DNA of 64,000 bases, from assembly GCA_965153285.1 (NCBI GenBank), contig OZ229112.1. One strand, given 5' to 3'. The position numbers were made by a program, and so were the translations under genes. Positions 62,601 to 64,000 of the stretch are shown here, piece by piece. The notes under the pieces were generated by a model. It made no database searches, had not been told where the DNA came from, and worked only from the letters and a program-made list of their open reading frames with translations. Source of the stretch: Podarcis tiliguerta. Taxonomy: Eukaryota. How positions within the stretch are numbered: position 1 is the stretch's first letter; each line of letters begins with the position of its first letter.

Positions 62601-63692
62601 TGTGCCCAAATCAATCAATGTTTTTAACTGGCAAATATCCATCTGTTTTGCATCTGAAATGATTACAAATCAGAGTGTTTAGGGTTGTACTGGCATTCAA
62701 ATAATTCCCCAGTAGGGTTTATTTAATCTAGAGTTGAGATAAATATGTGGCGTAAGGCAAGCTCTACCAAATTTGTTATATTTAAATACAGTGTTTGAAA
62801 TATGTATACAGACTTCTTTCTTTTAGCAGCAAACAAAATTTGCAAGTCTAAAAGGAAACACAAACATGTCTTTTTCTGAAGCAGCAGATTTATCAGTGAT
62901 TGGATGTTTGAACCATTGCAGGTGAGTTTTAATAATACGAGTTTAAAAAACATGCAAGTTGTTGAATCACAATGCAGTAAATTGTCCTTCCACAAACCTT
63001 CCTTCTTCATTAAAATCTTATTTGCCTGGTAATCTCCTTTGATCGCTAAAGTTATAAGAATCCCCCTCTTTTGCTTTTGATACTATCAGTGTAGCTTTTG
63101 ACCAGAGAGCGTGATGAATTAAATGTATGACAGATATGACAGGTGAGGAGTGCTTGGAGGGGGCTTAAACAGCAGGGATAAGACAAAGCCCCCATTTAAG
63201 AACAAAACCTCCACCCGATGACTAGCCCATTAATGACCAATCACAGAATCACTCTATTTGCCCTGTTGGACGAGGAGCAAGCCGATACTACAGACAAAGC
63301 TTTGTTAGCCACAGGGCAGTTGTTCAATCAGGCCACACAGCCAACTAATTGAAAAGTCCGTTCCCTGTTCCTGTTCCCTTGGTATTTGATACACTGGACT
63401 TTTATAGGTAAAACTGCTCTCTTCCTATAATGTTATATCAAGTCATTCACCACAAATTTACAGCTGGACTAAGTGGTATTACAGTTTATAAACCTGAAAA
63501 TCTATCTGCAGGGAATCCAGCTAAGCCTCAGAGAGAAACAAGTCCAGCATTACAAATCCAAGGAATTTTGGAAGTCAATCCATTAGGATTATTGGGGGGC
63601 AGGCCTTTGATTTTGGAACTCAAAACTACAAAAATAATAAAATCTTACAATCTCTCTTTATTATAACCTCTTTCTGAAGGCTTATTGTTTCA

Positions 63693-63697
<5 letters not shown>

Positions 63698-63728
<31 letters not shown>
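63698..63728. repeat. (CA)n microsatellite
   Basis: Direct reading. Confidence 0.9.
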
Positions 63729-63733
<5 letters not shown>

Positions 63734-64000
63734 ATCATTTGCAATAATATTTGGAAGAGATTATTGGGCAGGAGGCCCAACAAAAATATTTGTTTTCCTG
63801 AGGTTTGTAATCACATGCTCTTTAAAGAACCAATTTTAATAACTATTAGTACTCAATATAAAAATCAGATCACAAATATTTAGCAAACGAGCGTATTATT
63901 CATCACTCTGGGATCATCTTAAAAATCTCACTGCTCCCTTTTAAGTATTCAATATGTATCAGAGATATATAGTATCATAAATAAAGTGAACATTCAATAC

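Noticed and set aside
1-64000. Prokaryotic-type systems (CRISPR arrays, operons, defence islands, rRNA/tRNA genes)
   Set aside because: The sequence is intron-containing vertebrate DNA with no regularly spaced direct repeats. The only tRNA-like boxes belong to a SINE head.

Overview
Vertebrate nuclear DNA, not prokaryotic. The repeat content (Sauria SINE, BovB, CR1, L2, lizard-type hAT/Tc1 MITEs) indicates a squamate, most likely a lacertid lizard. The window holds one complete gene, PRDM1 (Blimp-1; PR/SET domain plus 5 zinc fingers), on the minus strand. Non-coding exon 1 is ~45946-45699. Coding exons are 44080-43898, 34547-34428, 30721-30472, 27966-26921, 26289-26161 and 25936-25361; all junctions are GT-AG, giving 2304 nt = 767 aa plus stop. 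The ~2.6 kb 3'UTR ends near 22770. The rest is flanking non-coding DNA with transposon relics and several enhancer-like motif clusters. The most striking signal is a tandem uORF cassette in the spliced 5' leader: a 4-codon uORF, a 2-nt spacer, then a 30-aa Trp/Pro-rich uORF crossing the exon 1/2 junction. Its geometry and key residues match the mammalian leader as I recall it, whereas the annotated mammalian N-terminal extension is not open here. All cross-species comparisons are from memory and need alignment to confirm.
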